From positions 39,804,001 through 39,868,000 of the forward strand of contig JANJGN010000001.1 of NCBI GenBank assembly GCA_026770705.1: a stretch of DNA of 64,000 nt, given 5' to 3'. The translations under genes and the position numbers were made by a program. Positions 62,881 through 64,000 of the stretch are shown here, one piece after another (the first letter of the stretch is position 1; each line of letters begins with the position of its first letter). Under the pieces are notes generated by a model. The model was not told the origin of the DNA. It worked only from the letters and a program-made list of their open reading frames with translations, and made no database searches. Source of the stretch: Isurus oxyrinchus. Lineage: Eukaryota.

Positions 62881-64000
62881 AGGCTCCTTTTGTTCTTATT
62901 CCTCTGCACTTTCATTCCTTTATATACTTCACTGCACTGCACACCCGCTCCCACCAGATCAATGTCTTCAGCGCTTTGCTCATGCAACTTTTCAGCATCT
63001 GCTTCATAACAGCCTTCCTTTTTCTTCCAGCTCACTTCAGCACTCCCGCTTCACACACTTGTCTTTAAACACAACGCTCCTCCTTTCATTTTGTCTTAAA
63101 GCCACTCTCTCATCATCAACTTTCTCGACATTTCTACCTTCATCACCTTCTGCAAAATTAAAAGAACCTTCTCACAACTTGAGACCTGTTCACTTTTCAC
63201 TCTGTTCAACCCAACTCACTTCTAACCACGAATTGGTTCTCAGGCCCGATTACTCTGCACAGAATGCAATATCTGGCTGCGCACACAAACAACAACAACA
63301 ACAACAAAGTGCTTTGAAATGGCGCCTTTCATGTCGGAGAACAATCCGAAGCTCTTCACAGTGCTGTTTTCCAACAGAATTGGCAGGAGGCGGAGTGTCA
63401 CTTTGCTTCTTTTCAGAGTCCGTTCAGAGTTTCACACCTCATTTACCTGAGGTGATGTTGGTAGGAAAGTGTAAGAGTCTTTGTAAATGTGTACGGTTTC
63501 CCCTTCATCAGCCACAGCTGCTGCAGTTTGAAGAGTCCCAGTTTCTCAAATCTTTCCAAAGAGCCAAAGTTCGTCATCCTGAGCTGAAGCTGGTTGACCT
63601 CTTCTTTCCCTCAGTCGGGAGCCTTGACGTCCTTCCCGAAGCTTGGTGAGCAGAACGACATTCAGGGTACGAGGGCGCAGGACGTGATAGCACGGTGCTA
63701 ATGCTGTTGGGATCATGATGCAGAGGCCTGGATAACTCAAATGCTGATGTGAGTTAAGATCCCAGCAAGGCTGCTAGTGGTTTAAAACAATCGTGTAAAT
63801 GAACATGGGTTCCAAATGACACTTGTTTGGTGGAGGATTGGGCTGAGACTTCCCTTTGTTTGAAGGCCAATTGTGACCTTGACAGATTACTCAGGACACA
63901 ATTAGGGGAAAAAATCTGGCAGGCAGGAAATCAGGAATGGCGCAAGGAGTATTCCTTTGGTCGGAAGGAGCTGGATTCCATCAAAAAGCTTCAAGTTACA

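Larger units (their letters stand above)
1..64000 (+). repeat. Tandem array of ~1,851-1,852 bp units, each with two tRNA-Gly(GCC)-type sequences; runs off both window ends
   Basis: The same ORFs and tRNA sequences recur every 1850-1855 bp (slot-B starts 1704, 3556, 5408 ... 62810); units differ by a few SNPs and 1-3 bp indels. Confidence 0.99.

Noticed and set aside
1-64000. 5S rRNA, snRNA or histone genes, which often sit in similar tandem arrays
   Set aside because: No recognisable 5S, U-snRNA or histone sequence on either strand by eye; an Rfam cmscan of one unit would be the definitive check.

Overview
The whole 64-kb window is one head-to-tail tandem array of a ~1,851-1,852 bp unit (34 complete tRNA cassettes, ~34.6 periods; neighbouring units differ at only a handful of sites). 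It is eukaryotic and most likely vertebrate; a decayed SINE-like segment hints at a cartilaginous fish. Each unit carries two + strand tRNA-Gly(GCC) sequences whose starts are 231 bp apart. The upstream copy (slot A) has a perfect 5' 36 nt but a broken anticodon stem and B-box, and all 7 of its changes fall in CpG dinucleotides. The downstream copy (slot B) is the canonical vertebrate Gly-GCC gene followed by a T4 Pol III terminator; it is canonical in 23 of 34 units. The 160-bp spacer has no T4 run and is tiled with short inverted repeats. One slot-B copy (31333-31403) has a TGC (Ala) anticodon on a Gly body and lies in a cluster of unusually divergent units. Shared variants show higher-order structure: a 10-unit (18,517 bp) duplication on the left and a 6/8-unit repeat on the right. 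No credible protein-coding gene is present; the ORF track only reflects the repeat. Variant calls were read by eye and from the ORF track, not from a computed alignment.
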